Source of the DNA: the human T2T-CHM13v2.0 reference genome, Homo sapiens
Length of the DNA stretch: 64,000 bases
Strand: one strand, 5' to 3'
Assembly (NCBI RefSeq): GCF_009914755.1
Contig: NC_060925.1
Position numbers and translations under genes: made by a program. Every line of letters starts with the position of its first letter. Positions within the stretch are counted from its first letter, which is position 1. This document shows positions 41,001 through 58,649 of the stretch, piece after piece. The notes beneath the pieces were generated by a model. That model saw only the letters and a program-made list of their open reading frames with translations. It did not search any database and was not told where the DNA came from.

Positions 41001-44000
41001 ATAGATTGCAAAAGTTTTCTCCCATTCTGTAGGTTGCCTGTTCACTCTGATGATAGTTTCTTTTATTGTGCAGAAGTTCTTTAGTTTAATTAGATCCCGT
41101 TGTATATTTTGGTTTTTGTTGCCATTGCTTTTGGGGTTTTAGTCATGCAGTCTTTGCCCAGACTTATGTCCTGAATGGTATTGCCTAGGTTTTCTTCTAG
41201 GGTTTTTATGGTTTTAGGTCTTACTTTTAAGTCTTTAATCCATCTTGAGTTAATTTTTGTATAAGGTATAAGGAAGGGGTCCAGTTTCAGTTTTCTGCAT
41301 ATGGCTAGCCAGTTTTTCCAACACCATTTATTAAATAGGAAATCATTTCCCCATTTCTTGTTTTTGTCACGTTTTCAAAGATCATATGGTTGTAGATATG
41401 TGGCATTATTTCTGAGGCCTCTGTTCTGTTCCATTGGTCTATATATCTGTTTTGGTACCAGTACCATGCTGTTTTCATTACTGTAGCCTTGTAGTATAAT
41501 TTAAAGTCAGGTAGCAGGATCCCTCCAGCTTTATTCTTTTTGCTTAGGACTGTCTTGGCTATGCAGGCTCTTTATGGTTCCATATGAAATTTAAAGTAGT
41601 TTTTTCTAATTCTGTGAAGAAAGTCAATGGTAGCTTGATGGGGATAGCATTGAATCTATAAATTACTTTGGGCAGTATACTCATTTTTACTATATTGATT
41701 CTTCCTATCCATGAGCATGGAATGTTTTTCCATTTGTTTATGTCCTCTCTTATTTCTCTGAGCAGTGGTTTGTAGTTCTCCTTAAAGAGGGCCTTCACAT
41801 TTCTTGTAAGTTTTATTCCTAGGTATTTGATTCTCTTTGTAGCAATTGTGAATGGGAGTTCACTCATGATTTGGCTCTCTGTTTGTCTATTATTGGTACA
41901 TAGGAATGCTTGTAATTTTTGCACATTGATTTTGTATCCCGACACTGTGCTGAAGTTGCTTATCAGCTTAAGGAAATTTTGGGCTGAGATGATGGGGTTT
42001 TCTAAATATACAATCATGTCATCTGCAAAGAGAGACAATTTGACTTCCTCTCTTCCTATTTGAATACCCTTTATTTCTTTCTCTTGCCTGATTGCCCTGG
42101 CCAGAACTTCCAACACTATGTTGAATAGGAGTGGTAAGAGAGGGCATCCTTGCCTTTTGCTGGTTTTGAAAGGGAATGATTCCAGCTTTTGCCCATTCAG
42201 TATGATATTGGCTGTGGGTTTGTCATTAATAGCTCTTATTATTTTGAGATACGTCCCATCAATACCTAGTTCATTGAGAGTTTTTAGCAAGAAGGGGTGC
42301 TGAATTTTATCAAAGGCCTTTTCTGTATCTATTGAGATAATCACGTGGTTTTTGTCATTGTTTCTGTTTCTGTGATGGATTACATTGATTGATTCGCATA
42401 TGTTTTTATGGTATGTTTTTATGTTTAACATAATTGATTTGCATATATTGAAGGCAACTTGATCATGGCAGATAAGCTTTTTGATGTGCTGCTGGATTCG
42501 ATTTAGCAGTTTATTTAGGATATTGGCCTGAAATTTTCTTTTTTTGTTGTGCCTCTGCCAGGTTTTGGTATCAGGATGATGCTGGACTCATAAAATGAGT
42601 TATGGAGGAGTCCCTCTTTTTCTATTGTTTGGAATCGTTTCAGAGGTAATGGTACCAGCTCCTCTTTGTACCTCTGGTAGAATTCAGCTGTGAATCAGTC
42701 TGGTCCTGGGCTTTTTTTTTATTGGTAGGCTATTAATTGCTGCCTCAATTTCAGAACTTATTATTGGTCTATTCAGGGATTCGACTTCTTTCTGATTTAG
42801 TCTTGGGAAGGTGTCTGTGTCCAGGAATTTATCCATTTCTTCTACATTTTCTAGTTTATTTGCGTAGAGGTGTTTATAGTATTATTCTCTGATGGTATTT
42901 GTATTTCTGTGAGATCAGTGGTGACATCCACTTTATCATTTTTTATTGTGTCTGTTTGATTCTTCTCTTTTTTCTTCTATATTAGTCTGGCCAGCCTTCT
43001 GTCTATTTAGCTGATCTTTTCAATAATCCAGTTCCTGGAGTCATTCATTTTTTTGAAGGGTTTTTCATGTCTCTCTCTCATTCAGTTCTTCTCTGATCTT
43101 ATTTCTTATCTTCTGCTAGCTTTTGAATTTGTTTGCTCTTGGTTCTCTAGTTCTTTTAATTATGATGTCAGGGTGTCAACTTTAGATCTTTCCCACTTTC
43201 ACCTGTGGACATTAAGTGCTATACATTTCCCTGTAAACACTGTTTTAGCTGTGCCCCAGAGATTCTGGTATGTTGTGTCTTTGTTCTTATTCGTTTTAAA
43301 GAACTTATTATTTCTGCCGTTACGTCCTTATTTACCCAGAAATCATTCAGGAGTAGGTTTTTCAGTTTCCATATAGTTGTGCATTTTGAGTGAGTTTCTT
43401 AATACTGAGTTCTAATTTGATTGCACTGTGGTCTGAGAGAATGTTTCTTATTTTTCCATTATTTTGCATTAACTGAGGAGTGTTTTACTTCCAATTATGT
43501 GGTCAATTTTAGAATGAGTACGATGTGGTGCTGAGAAGAATGTATATTATGTTGATTTGGGTGGAGAATTGTGTAGATGTATATTAGGTCCACTTGGTCC
43601 GGAGCTGAATTCAAGTCCTGAATATCTTTGTTAGCTTTGTGTCTCATTGATCTAATATTGACAGTGGGGTGTTCAAGTCTTCCACTATTATTGTGTGGAA
43701 GTCTAATTCTCTTTGTAGGTCTCTAAGAACTTCCTTTATGAATCTCGGTGCTCCTTTATTGGGTGCATATATATTTAAGATAGTTAACTCTTCTTGTTGC
43801 ATTGATCCCTTTACCATTAGCAATGGCCTTCTTTGTTTTTTGCTTTTTTTTTTTTTTGTATTTTTTAGTAGAGATGGGGTTTCTCCTTCACTTTTGAAGC
43901 TTAGTTTCGCTGTATATGAAATTCTGAATTGGGAGGCTGGAGCCAAGATGGCCAAATAGGAACCGCTCCGGTCTACAGTTTCCAGCGTAAGCGATGCAGA

Positions 44001-44968
44001 AGATGGGTGATTTCTGCATTTCCATCTGAGGTACCGGGTTCATCTCACTAGGGAGTGCCAGACAGTGGGTGCAGGACAGTGGGTGCAGCGCACCATGCGT
44101 GAGCCAAAGCAGGGCGAGGCATTGCCTCACTTGGGAAGCGCAAGGGGTCAGGGAGTTCCCTTTCCTAGTCAAAGAAAGGGGTGACAGATGGCACCTGGAA
44201 AATTGGGTCACTCCCACCCCAATACTGCGCTTTTCCGACGGGCTTAAAAAACGGTACACCAGGAGATTATATCCCGCACTTGGCTCGGAGGGTCCTACGC
44301 CCACAGAGTCTCACTGATTGCTAGCACAGCAGTGTGAGATCAAACTGCAAGGTGGCAGCCAGGCTGGGGGAGGGGCACCCGCCATTGCGCAGGCTTGCTT
44401 AGGTAAACAAAGCAGCTGGGAAGCTCGAACTGGGTGGAGCCCACCACAGCTCAAGGAGGCCTGCCTGCCTCTGTAGGCTCCACCTCTGGGGGCAGGGCAC
44501 AGACAAACAAAAAGACAGCAGTAACCTCTGCAGACTTAAATGTCCCTCTCTGACAGCTTTGAAGAGAGCAGTGGTTCTCCCAGCACACAGCTGGAGATCT
44601 GAGAATGGGCAGACTGCCTCCTCAAGTGGGTCCCTGACCACTGACCAATGAGCAGCCTAACTGGGAGGCACCCCTCAGTAGGGGCGGACTGACACCTCAC
44701 ATGGCCAGGTACTCCTCTGACACAAAACTTCCAGAGGAATGATCAGACAGCAGCATTCACGGTTCAAGAAAACCCACTGTTATGCACCCATCACTGCTGA
44801 TACCCAGGCAAACAGCGTCTGGAGTGGACCTCTAGCAAACTCCAACAGACCTGCAGCTGAGGGTCCTGTCTGTTAGAAGGAAAACTAACAAACAGAAAGG
44901 ACATCCACACCAAAAACTCATCTGTACATCCCCATCATCAAAGACCAAAAGTAGATAAAACCACAAAG

Positions 44969-45983
44969 ATGGGGAAAAAACAGAACAGAAAAACTGGAAA
45001 CTCTAAAAAGCAGAGCGCCTCTCCTCCTCCAAAGAACACAGCTCCTCACCAGCAACACAACAAAGCTGGATGGAGAATGACTTTGATGAGTTGAGAGAAG
45101 AAGGCTTCAGACGATCAAACTACTCCGAGCTACAGGAGGAAATTCAAACCAAAGGCAAAGAGGTTGAAAACTTTGAAAAAAATTTAGACGAATGTATAAC
45201 TAGAATACCCAATACAGAGAACTGCTTAAAGGAGCTGATGGAGCTGAAAGCCAAGGCTCGAGAACTACATGAAGAATGCAGAAGCCTCAGGAGCTGATGT
45301 GATCAACTGGAAGAAAGGGTATCAGTGATGGAAGACGAAATGAATGAAATGAAGCGAGAAGGGAAGTTTAGAGGAAAAAGAACAAAAAGAAATGAACAAA
45401 GCCTCCAAGAAATATGGGACTATGTGAAAAGACCGAATCTACATCTGATTGGCGTACCTGAAACTGACGGGGAGAATGGAACCAAGTTGGAAAACACTCT
45501 GCAGGATATTATCCAGGAGAACTTCCCCAATCTAGCAAGGGAGGCCAACATTCAGATTCAGGAAATACAGAAACGCCACAAAGATACTCCTCGAGAAGAG
45601 CAACTCCAAGACACATAATTGTCAGATTCACCAAAGTTTAAATAAAGGCAAAAATGTTAAGGGCAGCCAGAGAGAAAGGTCAGGTTACCCACAAAGGGAA
45701 GCCCATCAAACTAACAGCGGATCTCTCGGCAGAAACTCTACAAGCCAGAAGAGAGTGGGGGCCAATATTCAACATTCTTAAAGAAAAGAATTTTCAACCC
45801 AGAATTTCATATCCAGCCAAACTAAGCTTCATAAGTGAAGGAGAAATAAAATCCTTTACAGACAAGCAAATGCTGAGAGATTTTGTCACCACCAGGCCTG
45901 CCCTAAAAGAGCTCCTGAAGGAAGCATTAAACATGGAAAGGAACAACCGGTATCAGCCACTGCAAAAACATGCCAAATTGTAA
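44969..45983 (+). pseudogene. L1 ORF1 (disrupted by frameshifts and stops)
   Basis: ATG at 44969; fragments 45070-45297, 45325-45618 and 45654-45983 ending YQPLQKHAKL. Confidence 0.93.
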
Positions 45984-46046
45984 AGACCATCGAGGCTAGG
46001 AAGAAACTGCATCAACTAACGAGCAAAATAACCAGATAACATCAAA

Positions 46047-49871
<3,825 letters not shown>

Positions 49872-50140
49872 ACAATGAGAACACATGGACACAGGAAGGG
49901 GAACATCACACTCTAGGGACTGTTGTGGGGTGGGGGAGGGGGGAGGGATAGCTTTAGGAGATATATCTAATGCTAAATGACGAGTTGATGGGTGTAGCAC
50001 ACCAGCATGGCACATGTATACATATGTAACTAACCTGCACATTGTGCACATGTACCCCCAAAATTACAGTATAATAATAATAAAATAAAAAATAAAAAAA
50101 ATTTTTAAAAAAGATATTCTGAATTGAAAATTCTTTTCTT

Positions 50141-50439
50141 GGCTGGGCGCAGTGGCTCACACCTGTAATCCCAGCACTTTGGGAGTCCAAGGCAGGCAGA
50201 TCATGAGGTCAAGAGATTGAGACCATCCTGGCCAACATGGTGAATCCTCATCTCTACTAAAAATACAAAAATTAGCTGGGCATGGTGGCAGGTGCTTGTA
50301 ATCCCAGCTACTCAGGAGGCTGAGGCAGGAGAATGGCTTGAACCAGGGAGTCGGAGTTTGCAGTAAGTCGAGATCACGCCACTGCAATCTAGCCTGGGTG
50401 ACAGAGCAAGACTCCGTCTCAAAAAAAAAAAAAAAAAAA

Positions 50440-50477
<38 letters not shown>
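50141..50477 (+). mobile_element. Alu (AluS-like) with A/(GAAA)n tail
   Basis: 15-bp TSD GAAAATTCTTTTCTT at 50126-50140 and 50478-50492. Confidence 0.95.
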
Positions 50478-50479
<2 letters not shown>

Positions 50480-53434
50480 AAATTCTTTTCTTTAAGAATG
50501 CTGAATATTGGTCCCCACTCTCTTCTGGCATTTAGGGTTTCTGCAGAGAATTCTACTGTTATTCTGATGGGCTTCCCTTTGTGGGTAACCCGACCTTTCT
50601 CTCTGGCTGCCCTTAACATTTTTTCATTGATTTCAACCACGGTGAATCTGACAATTATGTGTCTTGGGGTTGCTCTTCTCAAGGAGTATCCTTGTGGTGT
50701 TCTCTATATTTCCTGAATTTGAATGTTGGCCTGTCTTGCTAGGTTGGGGAAGTTCTCCTGGATAATATCCTGAAGAGTGTTTTTCAACTTGGTTCCATTC
50801 TCCCTGTCACTTTCAGGTACACCAATCAAATGTAGGTTTGGTCTTTTCATGTAATCCCATATTTCTTGGTGGCTTTGTTCATTCCTTTTCATTCTTTTTT
50901 CTCTAATCTTATCTTCACACTATTTCATTAAGTTGATCTTCAATCCCTGATATCCTTTCTTCCACTTGATCAATTTGGCTATTGATACTTGTGTATGATT
51001 CAGGAAGTTCTCATGCTGTGTTTTTCAACTCCATCAGGTCATTTATGTTCTTCTTTAAACTGGTTATTCTAGTTAGCAGTTTCTCTGAACTTTTTTCAAG
51101 ATTCTTAGCTTCCCTGCATTGGGTTAGAACATGCTCCTTTAGTTCGAAGGAGTTTGTTATTATGCACCTTCTGAAGCCTACTTCTGTTAATTCATCAAAC
51201 TCATTCTCCATCCAGTTTTGTTCCCTTGCTGGGGAGGAGTTGTGATCATTTGGAAGATAAGAGGCATTCTGGTTTTTGGAAATTTCAGCCTATTTGACCT
51301 GTATTTTCCTCATCTTTGTGGATGTATCTACCTTTGGTCTTTGATGCTGGTGACCTTCGGATGGGGTTTCTGTGTGGACATCCTTTTTGTTGATGGTGAT
51401 GCTATTCTTTTCTGTTTGTTAGTTTTCTTTCTAACAGTCAGACCCCTCTGCTGTCTGTGCTGGAGTTTGCTAGATGTCCACTCCAGACCCTGTTTGCCTG
51501 GTTATCACCAGCAGAGGCTGCAGAACAGCAAAGATTGCTCCCTGTTCCTTCCTCTGGAAGCTTTGTCTCAGAGGGGCATCCACCAGATGTCAGCCAGAGC
51601 TCTCCTGTATGAGGTGTCTGTCGACCCCTGCTGGCAGGTGTCTCCAGTCAGGAGACACGGGGCTCAGGACCCACTTGAGGAGGTAGTCTGACCCTTAGCA
51701 GAGCTCGAGCGCTGTGCTGAGAGATCTACTGCTCTCTTCAGAGCCAGCACGCAGGAACGTTTAAGTCTGCTGAAGCTGCGCCCACAGCCACCCCTTCCCC
51801 CAGGTGCTCTGTCCCAGGGAGATGGGAATTTTATCTATAAGCTCCTGTTTGGGGCTGCTGACTTTCTTTCAGAGATGCCATGCCAAGAGAGGAGGAATCT
51901 GGAGAGGCACTCTCGTTACAGCAGTTTGCCTAGCTGCGGTGGGCTCCTCCCAGTTCAAACTTCCCGGCAGCTTTGTTTACACTGTGAGGGGAAAACTGCC
52001 TACTCAAGCCTCAGTAATGGCGGACACCCCTCCCACCACTAAGCTCAAGTGTCCCAGGTTGACTTCAGACTGCTGTGCTGGCTGCCAGAATTTCAAGCCA
52101 GTGGATCTTAGCTTGCTGGGCTATGTTGGGGTGGGATCTGTTAAGCTAGACCACTTGGCTCCCTGGCTTCAGCCCCCTTTCCAGGGGAGTGAATGGTTGT
52201 GTCTCACTGACATTCCAGGTGCCACTGGGGTATGAAAAAAAAAAAAAAAAAACTCCTGCAGCTAGCTCGGTGTCTGCCCAAATGGCTGCCCAGTTTTGTG
52301 TGTGAAACCCAGGGCCCTGGTGGCATGGCACCCAAAGGAATCTTGTGGTATGTGAGTTGCGAAGATCATAGTAAAAGAATAGTATCTGGGCCAAATGCAC
52401 CGTTCCTCATGGCACAGTCCCTCACAGCTTCCCTTGACTATGGCAGGGAGTTCCTGACCACTTGCACTTCCTGGGTGAGGCCCCGCCCCACCCAGCTTCA
52501 GCTTTCCCTCTGCAGGCTGCACCCATTATCTAACCAGTCCCAGTGGGATGAGCCAGCTACCTCAGTTGGAAATGCAGAAATCACCCACCTTCTACATTGT
52601 TCTTGCTGGGAGCTGCAGACCAGAACTGTTCCTATTCAGCCATCTTGCCAGCCACCCCCCAACATCTTTTTTTGAGGAGACTATCCTCTCCACATTTTGT
52701 ATTCTTGACACCGTTGTTGAATATTAGTTGACCATATATGCATGAGTTTATTTCAGGGCTCCCTATTCTGTTCCACTGATCCATGTGTCTGCTTTTATGC
52801 CAGGATTACACTGTTTTGTTTATTATAGCTTTGTAATAAAATTTGAAGTCAGGACATGTGATGCCTCCAGCTTCCTTTTTCTTGCTTAAGATTACTTTGG
52901 CTATTTGGGGACATTTTTAGTTTCATATGAATTTTAGGAATTTTTTTTCTTTTTCTGTAAAAAAAAAAATGCCATTGGGATTTTGATAAGAACTGCATTG
53001 AATATGGAGATTGCTTTGGGTAGTACAGACATTTTAAAAATATTAACTCTTTTAATCCATAAACATAGGATGTCTATTTGTGTCTTTCTGAATTTCTTTC
53101 ATCAATGTTTTATGATTCTCAGCATTAAAATCTTTCATCTCTTTGGTTAATTCCTAAGTATTTTACTCTTTTTGTTGCTAATGTAAATGGGATTGCTTTT
53201 TATATTTCCCTTTCAGATAGTTGTTAGGGTATAGAAGTAATACTGATTTTTTATGTGCTAATTTTCTATTCTGCAACTTTATTGAATTTATTCTATCAGC
53301 TTTTTTGTAGAGTCTTTAGGCTTTCTATATATATGATCATGCCAAATGCAAACAGAGATAATTTTATATCATCCTTCCAATTTAGATGCCTTTTTAAAAT
53401 TTTGACTGATTATTCTGGCTAGGTAATATAGTTT

Positions 53435-54163
<729 letters not shown>

Positions 54164-55109
54164 TGTTTTCATGTTTGTCCCCTCCAAATCTCATGTTGAA
54201 ATGTGATTCCCAATGTTGGAGGTGTGGCTTGGTGAGAAGTAATTGGGTCATGGGGGCATATCCTTCATGAATGATTTAGCACCATCCCCTTGTGATAAGT
54301 GAGTTCTTTCTCAAGTAGTTCACATGAGATCTGGCTGTTTAAAAGAGTCTGGGGCCTCTCCCTTCTCTCTCTCTCTTGCTCCCTTTCTTGCCATGTGGCA
54401 CTGCCAGCTCTCCCTTTGCCTTCTGCCATGATTATGAGCTCCCTGAGGCCCTCACTAGAAGATGCTGAAGCCATGCTTGTACAGCCTGCAGAAACATGGG
54501 CAAATTAAACTTCTCTTTATAAATTACCCAATCTCAGGTATTTCTTTATAACAATGCAAAAACAAACTAACACACTGGGACTTCCAGTAGAATACTGAAT
54601 AGCAGCAGAGGGAGTGAGCATCTTTTCCTTGTTCATAATCTTAGAGGAAAAGTTTTAAGCTTTATCCAAATGATTATAATGTTAGCAGTGGGTTTTTCAT
54701 ATATGGCTTTTATTGTGTTGAAATAAGTTTCCTGTATATCTATTTTGTTTAAAGTTTTTATCATAAAATGTTGTTGAATTTTGTCAAGTACCTTTTCTGC
54801 ATATATTGAGATTATCATGTGGTTTTTGTCTTTCTTTCTGTTAATGTATCTCACATTGATTTATTTTTGTATGCTGAACCACCCTTGCATCCCAGGGATA
54901 AATATCACTTGGTTGTGGTGTATGATCCTTGTAATGTGCCATTGAATTATTTTGTTACTGTTTTATTGAGGACTTCCATATCTATGTTAATCAGAGATAT
55001 TGGCTGTTTTCTTTTCTTGAAGTGTCTTTGGAACTGGATCATGATGATGCTAGCCTCATAAAGTGAGTTTGGGAGGGTCTTCCCTTTTCTAATTATTGAA
55101 AGTTTAAGA

Positions 55110-57912
55110 AGCCGAGAGAATTCCTCAAGATGGCTGAACAGGAACAGCTCCAGTCTACAGCTCCCAGTGTGACTGATGCAGAAGACAGGTGATGTCTGCA
55201 TTTCCAACTGAGGTACTGGGTTCATCTCACTGGGGCTTGTCAAACACTGGGTGCAGGACAGTGGGTGCAGCCCACAGAGCATGAGCCAAAGCAGGACAAG
55301 GCATCACCTCACCTGGGAAGTGCAAGGGGTCAGAGAACTCCCTTTCCTAGCCAAGGGAAGCCATGACAGACAGCACCTGGAAAACCAGGTCACTCCCACC
55401 CTAAGACTGTGCTTTTCCAATAGTCTTGGCAAACGGCACACCAGGATATTACATCCCGTGCCTGGCTCGGAGGGTCCCACACCCACGGACCCTCACTCAT
55501 TGCTAGCACAGCAGTCTGAGATCGAACTGCAAGGTGGCAGCAAGGCTGGGGGAGGGGCGCCCACCATTGCTGAGGCTTGAGTAGGAAAACAAAGCGGCCA
55601 GGAAGCTGAAACTGGGTGGAGCCCACTGCAGCTCAACGAGGCCTGCCTGCCTCTGTAGGCTCCACCTCTGGGGGCAGGGCATAGCCTAACAAAAGGCAGC
55701 AGAAACTTCTGCAGACTTAAATGTCCCTGTCTGACAGCTTTGAAGAGAGTTGTGGTTCTCCCAGCACAGAGTTTGAGATCTGAGAACCAACAGACTGCCA
55801 CCTCAAGTGGGTTCCTGACCCCGAGTAGCCTAACTAGGAGGCACCTCCCAGTAGGGGCTGACTGACACCTCATATGGCCAGGTGTCCCTCTGAGACGAAG
55901 CTTCCAGAGGAATGATCAGACAGCAACATTTGCTGTTCTGCAATATTTGCTGTTCTGCAGCCTCCGCTGGTGATACCCAGGGGAACAGGGTCTGGAGTGG
56001 ACCTCCAGCAAACTCCAACAGACCTGCAGCTGAGGGTCCTGACTGTTTGAAGGAAAACTAAAAAACAGAAAGGACATCTGCACCAAAACCCCATCTGTAC
56101 ATCACCATCATCAAAGACCAAAGGTAGATAAAACCACAAAGATGGGGAGAAACCAGAGCAGAAAAGCTGAAAATTCTAAAACTCAGAGAGTCTCTTCTCC
56201 TCCAAAGGAATGCAGCTCCTCACCAGCAGTGGAACAAAGCTGGATGGAGAATGACTTTGACAAGTTGAGAGAAGGCTTCAGAGGATCAGTAATAACAAAC
56301 TTCTCCAAGCTAAAGGAGGACGTTCAAACCCATCGCAAAGAAGCTAAAAACCTTGAAAAAAGATTAGATGAATGGCTAACTAGAATAAACAGTGTAGAGA
56401 AGATCTTAAATGACCTGATGGAGCTGAAAACCATGGCACAAGAACTACTTGATGCATGCACAAGCTTCAGTAGCCGATTCGATCAACTGGAAGAAAGGGT
56501 GTTAGTGATTGAAGAATCAAATGAATGAAATGAAGTGAGAAGAGAAGTTCAGAGAAAAAAGAGTACAAAGAAACAAACAAAGCCTCCAAGAAATATGGGA
56601 CTATGTGAAAAGACCAAATCTATGTCTCACTGGTGTACCTGAAAGTGACAGGGAGAATGGAACCAAGTTGGAAAACACTCTGCAGGATATTATCTAGGAG
56701 AACTTCCCCAACCTAGCAAGGCAGGCTAACATTCAAATTCAGGAAGTAAAGAAAACGCCACAAAGATACTCCTTGAGAAGAGCGACTACAAGACACATAA
56801 TTGTCAGATTCACCAGAGTTGAAATGAAGGAAAAAATGTTAAGGGCAGCCAGAGAAAGGTTGGGTTACCCACAAAGGGAAGCCCATCAGACTAACAGCTG
56901 ATCTCTTGGCAGAAACTTTACAAGCCAGAAGAGAGTGGGGGCCAATATTCAACATTCTTAAAGAAAAGAATTTTCAACCCAGAATCTCATATCCAGCCAA
57001 ACTAAGCCTCATAAGTGAAGGAGAAATAAAATCCTTTACAGACAAGCAAATGCTGAGAGATTTTGTCACCACCAGGCCTGCCCTAAAAGAGCTCCTGAAG
57101 GAAGCACTAAACATCGAAAGGAACAACTGGTACCAGCCACTGCAAAAATATGCCAAATTGTAAAGACCATCGAGGCTAGGAAGAAACTGCATCAACTAAC
57201 GAGCAAAATAACCAGATAACATCATGACAGGATCAAATTCACACATAATAATATTAACCTTAAATGTAAATGGGCTAAATGCTCCAATTAAAAGACACAG
57301 ACTGGCAAATTGGATAAAGAGTCAAGACCCATCAGTGTGCTGTATTCAGGAGACCCATCTCATGTGCAGAGACACACATAGGCTCAAAATAAAGGGATGG
57401 AGGAAGATCAACCAAGCAAATGGAAAACAAAAAAAAGCAGAAGTTGCAATCCTAGTCTCTGATAAAACAGACTTTAAACCAACAAAGATCAGAAGAGACA
57501 AAAAAGGCCATTACATAATGGTAAAGGGATCAATTCAACAAGAAGAGCTAACTATCCTAAATATATATGCACACAACACAGGAACACCCAGATTCATAAA
57601 GCAAGTCCTTAGAGACCTACAAAGAGACTTAGACTCCCACACAATAATAATGGGAGACTTTAACACCCCACTGTCAACATTAGACAGATCAACGAGACAG
57701 AAAGTTAACAAGGATATCCAGGAATTGAACTCAGCTCTGCACCAAGCAGACCTAATAGACATCTACAGAACTCTCCACCCCAAATCAACAGAATATACAT
57801 TCTTCTCAGCACCACGTCGCACTTACTGCAAAACTGACCACATAGCTGGAAGTAAAGCACTCCTCAGCAAATGTTAAAGAACAGAAATTATAACAAACTG
57901 TCTCTCAGACCC
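55110..57912 (+). mobile_element. 3'-truncated L1PA (PA5/6-like): 5' UTR, ORF1 and endonuclease only
   Basis: CAAGATGGCTGAACAGGAACAGCTCC start; ORF1 from 56142; endonuclease ORF 57224-57877; ends abruptly at ...CTCTCAGACC without a tail. Confidence 0.93.
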
Positions 57913-58649
57913 TGTGAGGGTCCTCGATTTAATTTTTGTTAAGTTCACTGGTTTTGTGTTGGCCTCCAGCCAGGAGGTGGCACTTTCAAAAGCATATCAG
58001 CTGGGGTTGTATGGGGAGGATCAGGTGGTAGGCAGGGCCATAGAGCTCCCAGGAGATTATGTCCCTTGTCTTTGGCTACCAGGGCGGGTAGAGAAAGATC
58101 ATCAGGTGTGGGCAGGGTTAGGCTGAGTTCAGACTCTCCTCGGGCTGGGCTTGCTGCAGCTGCTGTGGGGGATGGGGGTGTGGTTCCCAGGCCAATGAAG
58201 TTATGTTCCCAGGAGGAATATGGCTATCTCTGCTGCATCACACAGGTCACCAGGGAAGTGGGGGAAAGTCGGCAGCCACAGGCCTCAACCAGCTCCCACA
58301 CAGCCCGCAGACGAAAAGGCTGGTCTCACTCCCTCTGTGCCCACCTGCCCCCCTCACCCAGTAGCACTGAGTTTATTTCCAGGCAGCCAGTGAGCAGGGC
58401 TGAGAACTTGCCCCAGGCTACAAGCATCCCAGCTGAGAAAGCAAGCGGACTCACAGTTCCTTGGCTGTCCCAGGGAGCCTGCAGTGGCAGTCCACTTCCT
58501 TCAAAGGGTCTGTGGATTCTCTAGGCTTTCCTGGTGTTCCTGCAGTAGTTCTAAGAGCAAGAGTTCATGCTGTGGGTCTCCACACACTGCTCTATCTGTT
58601 GAAGTGGGAGGTCCAAGTTAGCCCTGCCTCCTAGCCACCATTTTCCCCC
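57913..58649 (-). mobile_element. 5' UTR fragment of an older primate L1
   Basis: Reverse complement begins GGGGGAAAATGGTGGCTAGGAGGCAGGGCTAACTTGGACCTCCCACT. Confidence 0.7.

Noticed and set aside
41559-42431. 290-aa RT-like ORF
   Set aside because: ORF2 fragment of the minus-strand L1PA
43888-44385. Intact L1 ORF0
   Set aside because: ATG present at 44385 but an in-frame TGA at 44311-44313 truncates it
55927-55960. Tandem ATTTGCTGTTCTGCA duplication
   Set aside because: Recalled as a normal feature of older L1PA 5' UTRs
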